NCBI GenBank assembly: GCA_041649675.1
Contig: JBAZMQ010000009.1
Location: forward strand, 1-60,713
Direction: 5' to 3'
Length of the DNA stretch: 60,713 nt
Source: Patescibacteria group bacterium
GTDB lineage: Bacteria > Patescibacteriota > Patescibacteriia > Buchananbacterales > UBA6539
In this document: positions 17,263 to 27,650 of the stretch, in pieces
Layout of the letters: every line of letters begins with the position of its first letter
Position numbering within the stretch: position 1 is the first letter of the stretch
Notes under the pieces: generated by a model
The model's input: only the letters and a program-made list of their open reading frames with translations
The model's database searches: none
Told to the model about the DNA's origin: nothing
Program-made: the position numbers and the translations under genes

Positions 17263-18558
17263 TTATTTAGTTGAGCCTTTTAAAAGCTCAAGAGCTTTAT
17301 CTAATTGAGGATCTTTTTGATTTTTAGCATCTTCGGGGCTAAATTTTACTTCCACATCCGGTTTAATCCCTTCGTGATTAATATTTTTACCATTTGGGGT
17401 TAACCATTCGGCAATTGTTAATTTAACCGCTGAACCGTCAGAAAAATTGCGCAAATCTTGAACCGAACCCTTACCAAAAGTTGTTTGACCGACCAGCTTG
17501 GCCACACCGTAATCCTGCAAGGCACCAGCCACAATTTCCGAACCCGAAGCGCTGCCGCCGTCAACCAAAACCACGGTCGGGATACCGGCAAACCGAGCTT
17601 GGCGGTCCGCACTGTGACTGATTTTTTCACCGCTCCGCAATTTTTCGGAAACCACAGTTTTACCATCAACCCATTCACCGGCCACTTCAATGGCAGTATT
17701 TAAAAATCCGCCCGGATTATTGCGCAAATCCAAAATTATACCTTTGGGATTCAAAGCTAAGACTTCAGGCACAATTTGATCCCACTTCGGCAAAGTATTT
17801 TCGTTAAAATACGAAAGTTGAATATAGGCAATGTTGCCGTCTTTAAGCGAAAAACCTTTATCCGTCTCACTTTTGCCAGCCGTATCTTTGCGGGTAAATT
17901 TGACACTGTCAATCTCAATTTTATCTCTAGTAATAGAAACTTCTCTTGGCCCACTGCTGCCTTCGCTTAAAATAGTCAATTTAACCTGAGTTCCTTTAGG
18001 CCCACGAATAATACTAACCGCAAAGTCTAAGGCGATATTGGTAGTATCCTTACCATCAATAGCTAAAATTTTATCTCCAGCTTTCAGGCCGGCTTTATCA
18101 GCCGGTGTTCCCGGTAAAGGCGCAATGACAGTCAGCTGACTATCTTTCATCCCAATTTCTGCACCAATACCTTCAAAGCTGCCGGACAATTCTTCTTCAA
18201 ACTTTTTGGAAATTTCGGGATTGAGAAAAACCGAATAAGGGTCTTTTAAAGACCCAACAATACCGGCCAAGGCACCATAAAATAACTGGCTGTCAGGCAC
18301 ATCAGATTTAACGTAATTATTTTTAACATACTGCCAAACTTGCCAAAATTCATTAAAATTTACATCTTTACTCAAGTAATCCGGCAGTGGTTGATTTTCA
18401 TTAAGCACTTTACCGCCAACAAAATTAAGCTGGATTTCTGACTGCAGATGACCAAAAGAAAAACCAATAACAAAAATTATTAAAAAAGCCGACAAGATTA
18501 AATAAGTTGCCGATACGCCAAAAACTAATTTTGATTCTTTAATTTTATTTTTTTCCAT
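17263..18558 (-). CDS. S41 carboxy-terminal processing protease with PDZ domain
   Basis: PDZ segment GTPADKAGLKAGDKILAIDG, then LDLRNNPGGFL and VVLVDGGSASGSEIVAGAL. The ATG at 18558 (MEKNKIK, followed by a TM helix) avoids overlap with murA. Confidence 0.9.
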   Translation of the reverse strand: MEKNKIKESKLVFGVSATYLILSAFLIIFVIGFSFGHLQSEIQLNFVGGKVLNENQPLPDYLSKDVNFNEFWQVWQYVKNNYVKSDVPDSQLFYGALAGIVGSLKDPYSVFLNPEISKKFEEELSGSFEGIGAEIGMKDSQLTVIAPLPGTPADKAGLKAGDKILAIDGKDTTNIALDFAVSIIRGPKGTQVKLTILSEGSSGPREVSITRDKIEIDSVKFTRKDTAGKSETDKGFSLKDGNIAYIQLSYFNENTLPKWDQIVPEVLALNPKGIILDLRNNPGGFLNTAIEVAGEWVDGKTVVSEKLRSGEKISHSADRQARFAGIPTVVLVDGGSASGSEIVAGALQDYGVAKLVGQTTFGKGSVQDLRNFSDGSAVKLTIAEWLTPNGKNINHEGIKPDVEVKFSPEDAKNQKDPQLDKALELLKGSTK

Positions 18559-18574
18559 TATTTTAAATAATAAA

Positions 18575-19879
18575 TTAGTCAATTTTTTCAATTTTAACCC
18601 CGATACTTTGTAAGCGGCTGCACAAATCTTGGTACCCTCGCTCAATTGAATAAACATTACGCAAAATTGATTTGCCTTCCGCCGCCAACATAGCTGGGAT
18701 TAAAATCGCCGCGGGTCTTAAAGCCGGCGGACAAACCACTTCATTACCGCGCAATTTAGTTGGACCACTGATATAAACTCGGTGCGGATCAGCCAAAACG
18801 ACTTTAGCGCCTAATTTATTCAATTCGGTAAAATAAATTGCCCGTTCCTCGTAAACCCAATCAAAAATTAAAGTTGTACCTTTGGCTTGGGTGGCAATCG
18901 GCGCAAAAAACGGCAGGTTATCAATATTTAAACCGGGATAAGGTTGGCTGGAAATTTTTTCTTCCAAAGCTACCAGCTTGCTTTTGAAAGTCCTGATATC
19001 AACCAACTGGCTTTGACCGTTTTTGGCTTTATAAGTTTTAATTATTTTATACTTAAAACCCATTTTTTCCAGTTTTAAAAGTTCCAGTTCCAAAAAATCA
19101 ATCGGGCAGCGCTTAATGGTTATTTCCGAATTGGTCGTAGCGGCAATTGAGAGAAACAGCATGGCTTCAATTGGGTCTTCAGTTAAATCGTAACTGATAT
19201 TTTTATTGATATCTCTTTTGCCTTCAATTTCCAAAGTGGTGGTACCAATTCCCTTAATTTTAACCCCTAACTTAAGCAAAAAATAACACAAATCCTGAAC
19301 CTGATAGTTGGCTGAGGCAAATTTAATCACGGTTTTACCCCCAATCTTTGCCGCGGCTAAAATCGCGTTTTCTGTTACCGTGTCACCGGCTTCATATAAA
19401 ACCAAATTCTTTACGGCCGTTAATTTCTTGGCACTGACTTCGTAATAACAACGCGAAGTGTTAATTTCAATGCCAAAATTTTGTAAGGCATAAAGATGAG
19501 GCTTGACCGTTCGTTTGCCCAAACGGCAACCGCCGGGTTGGGGCACGACGAATTTATTTTGCCAATGAACCATTACCGCCAATAAAAACAAAATACTTCT
19601 GGTTTTAACGGCTGATTCATAATTTATCTTGCTTAAATTAAATTTTTTTGGGGGCAAAATTTCAATGTCTTGCTTGCCAAGCCATTTAACATTTACGCCA
19701 ATGCTTTGCAAAACTTCAATGATTCTATGGACTTCTTCAATTTTTGGTACTCCCTTTAAAGTAGTTTTTCCCTTATTTAAAAGCGCTGCATTTAATAAAA
19801 CCACAGCGGCATTTTTTGAAGTATTGGTAACCAAACTTCCTTTTAATTTTTGACGACCAGTAATTAAATAATTACTCAT
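18575..19879 (-). CDS. murA: UDP-N-acetylglucosamine 1-carboxyvinyltransferase
   Basis: 434 aa with an EPSP-synthase/MurA-type fold signature throughout (KLKGSLVTNTSKNAAVVLLNAALL, GGCRLGKRTVKPH). Confidence 0.9.
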   Translation of the reverse strand: MSNYLITGRQKLKGSLVTNTSKNAAVVLLNAALLNKGKTTLKGVPKIEEVHRIIEVLQSIGVNVKWLGKQDIEILPPKKFNLSKINYESAVKTRSILFLLAVMVHWQNKFVVPQPGGCRLGKRTVKPHLYALQNFGIEINTSRCYYEVSAKKLTAVKNLVLYEAGDTVTENAILAAAKIGGKTVIKFASANYQVQDLCYFLLKLGVKIKGIGTTTLEIEGKRDINKNISYDLTEDPIEAMLFLSIAATTNSEITIKRCPIDFLELELLKLEKMGFKYKIIKTYKAKNGQSQLVDIRTFKSKLVALEEKISSQPYPGLNIDNLPFFAPIATQAKGTTLIFDWVYEERAIYFTELNKLGAKVVLADPHRVYISGPTKLRGNEVVCPPALRPAAILIPAMLAAEGKSILRNVYSIERGYQDLCSRLQSIGVKIEKID

Positions 19880-19919
19880 AAAAAATTAGCAAATATTTAA
19901 AAATTCTGATAAGATCTAT

Positions 19920-19949
19920 TTAGACTAGACTTTTTAATTCTACTATAAT
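19920..19949 (+). promoter_or_regulatory. Candidate sigma70-type promoter for the PEGA gene
   Basis: TTAGAC (19920-19925), 18-nt spacer, TATAAT (19944-19949), 22 nt before the ATG at 19971. Confidence 0.35.
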
Positions 19950-19970
19950 ATACCAAGTTTTGCAAGCCAT

Positions 19971-21350
19971 ATGAACCTAAAATATCGCCGAATTCTCTAT
20001 TCTTCCTTTATTGCCCTATTTCTAATTATTACTCCGATTGTCACCTTCTACGCGGCGGGCTACCGTTACAATTTAAAAAAGCACCGGATTGAAAAAACCG
20101 GTATTTTATACCTGGACTCCAAACCAAGAGGTGCCCAAATTTTTATTAATGGCAAATATCAAAACAAAACACCGGCCCGCTTTCCTTATTTATTACCTGA
20201 CATTTACCAAGTTGAGGTTAAAAAAGAAGGTTATCATTCCTGGCAAAAAAATTTGGAAATTAAAAGCAACCTGACTACCTTTGGTAAGGATATTGTTTTG
20301 TTTAAAAATAATCTACCAATTAACATTATTCAAGGTGATATCAATATCTTTGTTATCTCCCCCAGTCAAGATAAAATTATTTATTCAATAATTAAAGACA
20401 ATCTTGAAGAGCTAAGGTTGTTTAACTTGAATAATAAAACTGATTTTCTAATTAAAGATTTCAACAAACAAAAAAATGATGAACTTGAATTCATTAGTTG
20501 GTCATTAAATCCAAACAAAATTTTGGTAAAAAACCAAACTGCTCAATTTAATAAGTATTTAGTGGTGGATATTGATACCTTAAAAATTAAAGAACTTTTT
20601 GATATTACCCGATTAAATTTTGATAAAGTGGCTTGGGATAGTGTTAATGAAAACTATCTTTATGGCTTAAGTAAAAAAATACTTTACCAAATTGATTTGG
20701 CTAATAATTCCGCTAAGCAAATATTGCCCAACGAAATCCAAGACTTTGAGACTAGGGGCAATGATATTTATTACATTAATACCATTAAGAATGAATCATA
20801 CCTGAATAAATTTTATTTAACCCCGCCGGCCCAAATTGTTGATCAGGTAGAAAAAATTAAGCTAATCGCTGGCGCCAAATTCAGTTTGCAAAATTCGCCG
20901 GCTAATTACGTAATTTTATTAGACAAAAACAGCAACGATTTATTTATTATTAACACTAAAGTGTTTATTGATGGCGATATTAATAAAAATATCGTTTTGC
21001 AAGATAAAGCCCAAAAAATTATTTGGTCGCTGGATAATAAAAATCTTTTGTACTATACTGATTTGGAAATTAGAATTTTTAACCTTGATACCCAACAAAA
21101 AAGTTTAGTTACCCGCTACGGCAGCGTCATAAACCAAGCCGCTTGGTATCCAACAAATAAATATCTGGTTTATCAGGTTGAAAATGCCATTCGGATAATT
21201 GAAACATCATCACAAGAGCCAAGAAATGACCTAAAAATTGCTGAGCTGCAAAAAATTACCAGCTTCATTATTGATAATGCCGGAAAAAATATTTATTTTG
21301 TCGGCCAGGCTGGTGCCTTACAGGGAATTTACCAATTAGAAATACAATAA
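19971..21350 (+). CDS. PEGA-domain membrane-anchored protein with a beta-propeller-like C-terminal region
   Basis: N-terminal TM helix, then LDSKPRGAQIFINGKYQNKTPARF...YQVEVKKEGYHSWQ, which is a PEGA motif. Confidence 0.7.
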   Translation: MNLKYRRILYSSFIALFLIITPIVTFYAAGYRYNLKKHRIEKTGILYLDSKPRGAQIFINGKYQNKTPARFPYLLPDIYQVEVKKEGYHSWQKNLEIKSNLTTFGKDIVLFKNNLPINIIQGDINIFVISPSQDKIIYSIIKDNLEELRLFNLNNKTDFLIKDFNKQKNDELEFISWSLNPNKILVKNQTAQFNKYLVVDIDTLKIKELFDITRLNFDKVAWDSVNENYLYGLSKKILYQIDLANNSAKQILPNEIQDFETRGNDIYYINTIKNESYLNKFYLTPPAQIVDQVEKIKLIAGAKFSLQNSPANYVILLDKNSNDLFIINTKVFIDGDINKNIVLQDKAQKIIWSLDNKNLLYYTDLEIRIFNLDTQQKSLVTRYGSVINQAAWYPTNKYLVYQVENAIRIIETSSQEPRNDLKIAELQKITSFIIDNAGKNIYFVGQAGALQGIYQLEIQ

Positions 21351-21364
21351 ATAAGAATATTAAC

Positions 21365-21392
21365 AAAAAAGACCGGGATTAACCGGTTTTTT
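21365..21392. terminator. Bidirectional intrinsic terminator
   Basis: AAAAAAGACCGGGATTAACCGGTTTTTT. The stem is flanked by an A-run and a T-run, between convergent genes. Confidence 0.7.
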
Positions 21393-21408
21393 AAATCAGA
21401 AATCCTAA

Positions 21409-21480
21409 ACTCTAAATTCTAAACAAATTACAAATTTAAAACATTAAATCGCTTTGGATTTGTAATTTAGAATTTTGAGT
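21409..21480. repeat. Long imperfect inverted repeat containing AAATTACAAAT / ATTTGTAATTT
   Basis: Left arm 21409-21435 and right arm 21458-21480 are reverse-complementary apart from small gaps. Confidence 0.6.
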
Positions 21481-21549
21481 CTAATCTGGTTTTCTCAGCC
21501 AAATCAATTGTTATTTTTTCCAGTTACCAAATTTACCGCTTTTACCAAA

Positions 21550-22278
21550 CTATTTCCCTTCTTTCCTTAGCCGAGCAATAGTATTGCCAGCTTCCAGCAG
21601 GGCATCAAAAGTGCCTGTATCCAACCAATAATGCTCATATACTTTTACATCTAAATTGCCTTCTTTTAGATATAGATTATTTATATCTGTGATTTCTAAT
21701 TCTCCCCTACTAGAAGGCTTTAAATTTTTGGCTTTATCAATCACGGTATTATCATAAATGTACAAACCAGTTACCGCATAATCACTCTTTGGATTGCTTG
21801 GCTTTTCTTCGATACTAACTGCCTTGCCGTCTTTATCAAATTCCACTACCCCAAATCTACTCGGATCAGGCACTCGCTTGGCAAAAACCCGGCCGCCGAA
21901 TTTAAAACTCCGTATCGCATTGTCCAAAAAATTACCATCGCCGACAAATAAGTTATCTCCGAGTATCAAGGTCACGTTATTATCGCCAATAAAATCTTGC
22001 CCAATCAAAAATGCCTGAGCAATTCCCTCTGGCTTGTCCTGTATCTCGTAAGTTATTTTTATACCAAAATCCTTGCCGCTGCCCAAAAGTTTAGAAAATT
22101 TATCAATATTATCCGAGTCAGAAATTATCAATATATCTTTTATTCCTCCGTCCACTAAAGTTTCCAATGGATAGTAAACCATCGGCTTATCGTAAATTGG
22201 CAAAAGTTGTTTGGAAGTAACTTTTGTCAGCGGATGTAGGCGCGAACCGGTTCCCCCGGCTAAAATTATTCCTTTCAT
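21550..22278 (-). CDS. rmlA: Glucose-1-phosphate thymidylyltransferase-like sugar nucleotidyltransferase (short form)
   Basis: [38 protein letters not shown]. Confidence 0.85.
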   Translation of the reverse strand: MKGIILAGGTGSRLHPLTKVTSKQLLPIYDKPMVYYPLETLVDGGIKDILIISDSDNIDKFSKLLGSGKDFGIKITYEIQDKPEGIAQAFLIGQDFIGDNNVTLILGDNLFVGDGNFLDNAIRSFKFGGRVFAKRVPDPSRFGVVEFDKDGKAVSIEEKPSNPKSDYAVTGLYIYDNTVIDKAKNLKPSSRGELEITDINNLYLKEGNLDVKVYEHYWLDTGTFDALLEAGNTIARLRKEGK

Positions 22279-22407
22279 AAGTTAGCTGGTAGATTAGTAG
22301 CTTGTAGCTGGTAGGTTTACCAAAAACTAAGCTGACCTATAAATTAATATGCTTTTAAAAATATTTTCATTATTTTAATAGAGTTAATTCCATCCTTAAT
22401 CTACTTC

Positions 22408-23247
22408 CTACAAGCTAACCAAATACTCCCTCAAAGCTTCCTCCCAACTTCTCGTCGGCTCCAGCTTAGTATTAATTAAAGCCGCATATTGCGGCCGCGG
22501 GGCAGGCTGAGGAAATTCATCAGAGCTGCAAGGCACGACATCGTTTTTTAAATTTTTTAATTCAATCGATTTTTTAGCCAAATCATACCAAGTAATTCCG
22601 CCTAGGGGCGTTTCATTAGTCACATGATAAATGCCGTAAGGCTTTGAACCATCAATAATTTCCCTGGTCCTTAAAGCTAAATCTTTGGCAAAAGTTGGTT
22701 TGCCAAAATGGTCATTGACCACTTTTAATTTACGCTGAATCTGGGCTTTTGTCAAAATTCTTTGAACAAAATTCTTAACACCAAATTCGCCAAAAAGCCA
22801 AGACGAACGAATGACATAATACATCTCACCATTTTTTTGGACCAATTGTTCGCCTAATAACTTTGATTTACCGTAAGCCCCTAAGGGATTGGGTAAATCG
22901 GTTTCAATGTAACCCAATTTTTGCCGACCGTCAAAAACATAGTCGGTGCTGTAATGGACTAAAATCGCACCCAACTCCTTGCTGACTGAAGCTAAATAAC
23001 CAGGGGCTAAACCATTAACGGCATTAGCCAAACTAATATTTTTTTCGGAGCAGTCAACGTCAGTATAAGCTGCGGCATTTAAAATCAAGGTTGGTTTAAG
23101 CTCACCGATTTTTTCTTTAATTTCCTGCTCTTTGGTAATATCCAAATTAGCCTGGTCCCAAATGACCGGATTTTTATCGGCAAAAACTTTTTCCAACTCG
23201 TGACCCAACATGCCGTTGGCACCGAGGATAAGGATTTTTTGGGGCAT
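22408..23247 (-). CDS. rmlD: dTDP-4-dehydrorhamnose reductase
   Basis: ILILGANGMLGHEL, AAAYTDVDCSE and YGKSKLLGE. RmlD length and layout. Confidence 0.85.
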   Translation of the reverse strand: MPQKILILGANGMLGHELEKVFADKNPVIWDQANLDITKEQEIKEKIGELKPTLILNAAAYTDVDCSEKNISLANAVNGLAPGYLASVSKELGAILVHYSTDYVFDGRQKLGYIETDLPNPLGAYGKSKLLGEQLVQKNGEMYYVIRSSWLFGEFGVKNFVQRILTKAQIQRKLKVVNDHFGKPTFAKDLALRTREIIDGSKPYGIYHVTNETPLGGITWYDLAKKSIELKNLKNDVVPCSSDEFPQPAPRPQYAALINTKLEPTRSWEEALREYLVSL

Positions 23248-23253
23248 AATGGT

Positions 23254-23380
23254 AAATTACAAATCTCAAATTACAAATTCCAAATATTTTTCAAATCGCA
23301 AACTTAAAATTCAAAACGTTTATAATTTGGTGCTTTGAATTTGTGATTTGTTTGGGATCTGAGATTTTGAATTTGGTGCT
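23254..23380. repeat. Symmetric array of AAATTACAAAT-like decamers and their complements (long imperfect hairpin)
   Basis: AAATTACAAAT at 23254-23264 and AAATTACAAATT at 23268-23279. The right half (about 23326-23380) carries ATTTGTGATTTG-type complements. Confidence 0.55.
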
Positions 23381-23383
23381 TAA

Positions 23384-24067
23384 TCACTTCCAGTTCTTCG
23401 CCAAAATTTTTGCAATATATTTCTTAAACTTAAGCTGCTCAGGGATGGAATTTGTTATTTCCAAACAGACATAATTTGAAAAATATTTCTTTGGCAGCTT
23501 TGCCAAGTAATCAAAATCATGAAATGAAGTCGCCTGATGATGACTAACTAAATTTTTTCTAACTTCACTGACATGGTTACAGCCAATTTTATAATTTTTT
23601 ATCGCTTCTTTTGTCGTCTCTAAATTCCCCGGGCGATTATCCATAATAACTAACAAGTGGGACAAATCCAAACAAATACCCCCAAATTTTTTAATATTAG
23701 GCTGTTTTATTTCTAAATATTTTAGCCAATTGTTTTCGACAAACATTTGCCGGCAAAATTGGCTGGGCTGATATTTTTCATTATGCGAATAATGAATAGT
23801 AAAAACTTTAACGCCGTACCTTGAAGCCAAATATTTAATTTCAGCTTCAGTCATATCGTGACGTAAATGAACATGAACAATTCTTTTTATCTCTAATTTT
23901 TCCAGCCGTTGATAAATTCTTTTTCTGACAGTGGAGTTAGCCCCGGTTAAAAAAAGAGAAAATTCACAAATTTTCAATCTTTTAACGTCTCTAATCATTC
24001 TTTCCCAATCCCCCCGAAAAGTCACTACTGACGGATAAATTCTTTTAGCAATATCACTCGCCTTCAT
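23384..24067 (-). CDS. Hypothetical protein inside the rml cluster (possibly TIM-barrel-like)
   Basis: 227-aa intact ORF. No secure motif. Confidence 0.4.
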   Translation of the reverse strand: MKASDIAKRIYPSVVTFRGDWERMIRDVKRLKICEFSLFLTGANSTVRKRIYQRLEKLEIKRIVHVHLRHDMTEAEIKYLASRYGVKVFTIHYSHNEKYQPSQFCRQMFVENNWLKYLEIKQPNIKKFGGICLDLSHLLVIMDNRPGNLETTKEAIKNYKIGCNHVSEVRKNLVSHHQATSFHDFDYLAKLPKKYFSNYVCLEITNSIPEQLKFKKYIAKILAKNWK

Positions 24068-24075
24068 TTCAGAAT

Positions 24076-24093
24076 TTTGTAATTAATTACAAA
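24076..24093. promoter_or_regulatory. Perfect 18-nt palindrome TTTGTAATTAATTACAAA immediately 5' of the 23384-24067 gene
   Basis: TTTGTAATT and AATTACAAA are exact reverse complements. They lie 9-26 nt upstream of the ATG at 24067 and share the AATTACAAA word with 21.4 kb and 23.26 kb. Confidence 0.45.
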
Positions 24094-24167
24094 TAAATAT
24101 ATAAAAAATTAATTAATTTAGTATTTTGACTCTTTTATTCACCACCGACAAAAGCATCAAAGTTTCA

Positions 24168-25175
24168 CTACCGGGCATATTGCTTTTGGTAGTATTCTTT
24201 GTACTCACCGGATTTTACTTTTTGCCACCAATCTTGATTTTGCTGATACCACTCAACGGTTTGTTTAAGATATTGATCAAAATCGTGCTCTGGTTTATAA
24301 CCTAATTCTTTTTGCGCTTTTGAGTAATCAACGGCATACCGGCGATCATGACCCGGCCGGTCTTTGACAAATTCAATCATTTTTTCATCCTGACCCAAAA
24401 TCTTTAAAATCTTTTTAACAATTTCCAAATTATTGATATCTTGAGACATGCCACCAATGCAGTAAGTTTGGCCAATTTGGCCTTTTTCTAAAATCAAATC
24501 AATCGCTTTGCAATGATCGGTAACAAAAAGCCAATCACGAACATAAAGACCGTCACCGTAAACCGGCACCTTTTTACCCGCTAACAAATTAGTAATTGCC
24601 AAAGGGATAAGTTTTTCCGGAAATTGATAGGGGCCAAAATTATTGGAACAATTAGAAATGGTAATTGGCAACTGATGAGTGTCAAAATACGCTCTGACCA
24701 AATGATCCGAACCGGCCTTGCTGGCTGAATACGGACTGTGCGGATTGTACGGCGTATTTTCGTTAAATTTTTCCTTGGAATCCAAAGCTAAAGCGCCAAA
24801 AACTTCATCGGTTGATATATGATGAAAGCGCTTGTCGTAATCTTTGGCCGCAGCCAATAAAATTTGGGTGCCCAAAACATTGGTTTTTACAAACTCGCCG
24901 CAGTCAATAATTGACCGATCAACGTGCGACTCAGCGGCAAAATGAACAATGATATCACAATCCTTAACCAAAGTTGAGACTATATCAATATTGCAAATAT
25001 CGCTTAAAACAAATTTATAATTGGGATTAGCTTCAACCGCTTTTAAATTTTGTAAATTGCCGGCATAAGTCAATTTATCCAAATTAACAATCTCGTCTTG
25101 AGGATGAGTTTTTAACCAATACTGGATAAAATTTGAACCGATAAATCCCGCCCCACCAGTGACTAATAGTTTCAT
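24168..25175 (-). CDS. rmlB: dTDP-glucose 4,6-dehydratase
   Basis: MKLLVTGGAGFIGSNF, YSASKAGSD and DKLTYAGN. Confidence 0.9.
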   Translation of the reverse strand: MKLLVTGGAGFIGSNFIQYWLKTHPQDEIVNLDKLTYAGNLQNLKAVEANPNYKFVLSDICNIDIVSTLVKDCDIIVHFAAESHVDRSIIDCGEFVKTNVLGTQILLAAAKDYDKRFHHISTDEVFGALALDSKEKFNENTPYNPHSPYSASKAGSDHLVRAYFDTHQLPITISNCSNNFGPYQFPEKLIPLAITNLLAGKKVPVYGDGLYVRDWLFVTDHCKAIDLILEKGQIGQTYCIGGMSQDINNLEIVKKILKILGQDEKMIEFVKDRPGHDRRYAVDYSKAQKELGYKPEHDFDQYLKQTVEWYQQNQDWWQKVKSGEYKEYYQKQYAR

Positions 25176-25187
25176 ATTAATTTAAAA

Positions 25188-25598
25188 TTATAATGCTTTC
25201 TTAATTTTTTCCGCTATGGCTTGCATCTCCCCTTCGCCGTATCTGCCTTGCGGCCATAAATGCAAACCGTCATTTTCTTTTCGCGGAATGATATGAAAAT
25301 GCAAATGGCCAATGATCTGGCCGGCCACTGGATCATTATTTTCCGTCACATTATAGCCGGCAACTTGCAAACCTTCTTTTAACCCTCGGCCGATTTTTTT
25401 GACTACCTTTATTAGTACGCATAATTCGTCTTCGGGCATAGCTTCTAAATTAGCATAATGCCTTTTGGGAATGACTAAAACATGGCCATCATGAACCGGG
25501 GCAATATCCAAAAAGGCCAAAATTTTTTCATCTTCATAAACTTTGGCACTAGGAATTTGTCCGGCAACAATTTTACAAAAAATACAGTTTTGATCCAT
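25188..25598 (-). CDS. HIT-family nucleotide hydrolase/transferase
   Basis: CIFCKIVAGQIPS and the histidine triad GHLHFHIIPR. Start at 25598 (MDQNCIFC). Confidence 0.85.
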   Translation of the reverse strand: MDQNCIFCKIVAGQIPSAKVYEDEKILAFLDIAPVHDGHVLVIPKRHYANLEAMPEDELCVLIKVVKKIGRGLKEGLQVAGYNVTENNDPVAGQIIGHLHFHIIPRKENDGLHLWPQGRYGEGEMQAIAEKIKKAL

Positions 25599-25681
25599 AT
25601 TTTTTAGTCTTAATTGCAAAAGATGGTTGCATACCACCTTTCAAACTTTAACAAAATATTTAACCTTTGGCAAGAAAATTA

Positions 25682-27325
25682 TTAGAGCTGAAAAACCGAA
25701 GTATCAAGTTGTTTTAGACCACCCTGGTCATAATACAAAAAATAAATTTTATCCTTTTTCATTGAATCGGCCAAAATCGGCTTGGGCGCAAAATAAATTT
25801 TATTGGTAATATAATATTGGTAATCATAACCCCAGAGTTCAAAAATATAATCATCACTTTCCCGCCGGTCAAACCCCAAAATAATTTTTTTATTATCTAC
25901 GGCCTGACCTAAAATTTTTCCTTGGCCGTGATTGGCCCAGTCAAACATATGGTTTTGCCAATTTTGCGGCGTGAGTCTAACGTAAATTGGTAAAACTATA
26001 GCCGAAAGCCGATAAGTGGGATAATTAAAATTAATTGCTTCGCGAATTGCGTTGCGAAATATTTGGGCACCATTAATATTGTCCGGCAAATACAAAAAGA
26101 CCACGCCTTGTTGTTTTGTCGTATCAACAATTTGACCAAAATCAACAATAATCTTTTGGGCAATTTTGGAACCCAAAACCCAAACCTGATTTTTTTGATA
26201 TAAAATAAAACTTGACGTGATAATCACTACCAACAAACCCAGGCTAAGAGCTAAACGCCATTTTTTAAAAAGCCACCAAGCTAAATTACCCAAAGCAACA
26301 AACACCACAATTTGCGGCAAATATAAATAGCGCTCGCCCTCATTACTCAACGGATTAAGTCGCAAATTTAAATAAGGAAAAGAAATGCAGCCAAAAATTA
26401 AAGCCCAACAAATTAAAGGCAGTAATTTCTTACGGCCAAGAATTATGATAATTAAAACCAAAACGGCCAAACCAATAGAAATAAACAAGGCCCGATTCTC
26501 AATCAAATGAAAAAGGTAAATCCGAAAATCGCCGCTGGAAACAAAGGCCGATAAAAATTCCAAAACATTTTTAACTAAGCGTTTTGGTTCAAAAGTCAGA
26601 TTTTTTTTGCCATAATAACCAACCAACACGCCGGTGGTATAAAGCCGCAATTGCAAATAACCGTAAAAAGTTACCAAAAACGGCAAAATATAAACCAGTA
26701 ATTTTTTGTAATCTTTAATCGGTCTTTTAACAAAAAACAAAATAATCATGATTGCCGGCAGGCTAATGGCAATTTCCTTGCAAAACAAAGCCGCCAGAAA
26801 CGAAATTAAGCTAATTAAATATAAATGCCATTTTTTAACCGCCAAAAATTTTAGCCAAAGAATTATTGCTAACAAATAAAAAAAGGTTGCACTAACATGA
26901 GGAATGGCGGCTACCCAATCAACGGCTTCGGCATTGTTAAAATAAACGGCAAAAAATAAGCTGGCCAAAAGGGCCGACTTTTGGGAAAAAAACTGGCGGG
27001 CCAAGAAATAAATCAATAAAATATTTCCCAAGTGAAAAAATAAGCTGAACAAATGATAAGGCAAGGGATTCAAACCCCCGATTGAATAAGAAAAATAATA
27101 GATTAAATTGATTATCGGACCGTAATTGCCGCTGCCGATTTGGCCGGCGAAATTAGTGATAAAAAAAGTTAACGGATTTCGGTTAATGGAAGAATTAATC
27201 CAATCAAAATCATCGGAGGCAAAGTAAGCCGTTAAATTTGACCAATAAAGCAAAACAGTTAGCAAGGCCAAAAATAAAAAAAAGATGACGGTAATTTTTT
27301 TTGATTCAAGATTGATAATTTTCAT
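25682..27325 (-). CDS. Polytopic GT-C-type (ArnT/PMT-like) membrane glycosyltransferase candidate
   Basis: 547 aa with more than 10 predicted TM helices, an acidic DDFD motif after TM1, and a soluble C-terminal domain. Confidence 0.45.
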   Translation of the reverse strand: MKIINLESKKITVIFFLFLALLTVLLYWSNLTAYFASDDFDWINSSINRNPLTFFITNFAGQIGSGNYGPIINLIYYFSYSIGGLNPLPYHLFSLFFHLGNILLIYFLARQFFSQKSALLASLFFAVYFNNAEAVDWVAAIPHVSATFFYLLAIILWLKFLAVKKWHLYLISLISFLAALFCKEIAISLPAIMIILFFVKRPIKDYKKLLVYILPFLVTFYGYLQLRLYTTGVLVGYYGKKNLTFEPKRLVKNVLEFLSAFVSSGDFRIYLFHLIENRALFISIGLAVLVLIIIILGRKKLLPLICWALIFGCISFPYLNLRLNPLSNEGERYLYLPQIVVFVALGNLAWWLFKKWRLALSLGLLVVIITSSFILYQKNQVWVLGSKIAQKIIVDFGQIVDTTKQQGVVFLYLPDNINGAQIFRNAIREAINFNYPTYRLSAIVLPIYVRLTPQNWQNHMFDWANHGQGKILGQAVDNKKIILGFDRRESDDYIFELWGYDYQYYITNKIYFAPKPILADSMKKDKIYFLYYDQGGLKQLDTSVFQL

Positions 27326-27645
27326 TTTTTATTACTGACTAAAAAATAACGTTTTTTAAAACTGCCTCTTTTTTTATTTTTCTCTAATCTAAATTTTTCT
27401 ATCTTTTGCCAAGAAATTTTGGAATTTTTAGCCAGACTTAATAAAACCTCATAAACATCAACAATTTCATTTTTTATTTCTTTAGGCTTGGCTAAAACTA
27501 ATTCCTGAGCTTCTTCTAGTAATTTATTTTTTAATTCTTGACCAAATCGTTTTGGGTTTAAAACCTGATACTGCGGCACTCCCCCTTCTTGGCGGCAAAT
27601 CTCAGGAATTTTATCACGAACTAATTTTTTATAAATTTTTTTCAT
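27322..27645 (-). CDS. MazG/PRA-PH-like nucleoside triphosphate pyrophosphohydrolase
   Basis: MKKIYKKLVRDKIPEI...EEAQEL...VDVYEVLLSL...KRGSFKKRYFL. Start at 27645. Confidence 0.6.
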   Translation of the reverse strand: MKKIYKKLVRDKIPEICRQEGGVPQYQVLNPKRFGQELKNKLLEEAQELVLAKPKEIKNEIVDVYEVLLSLAKNSKISWQKIEKFRLEKNKKRGSFKKRYFLVSNKK

Positions 27646-27650
27646 AATAC

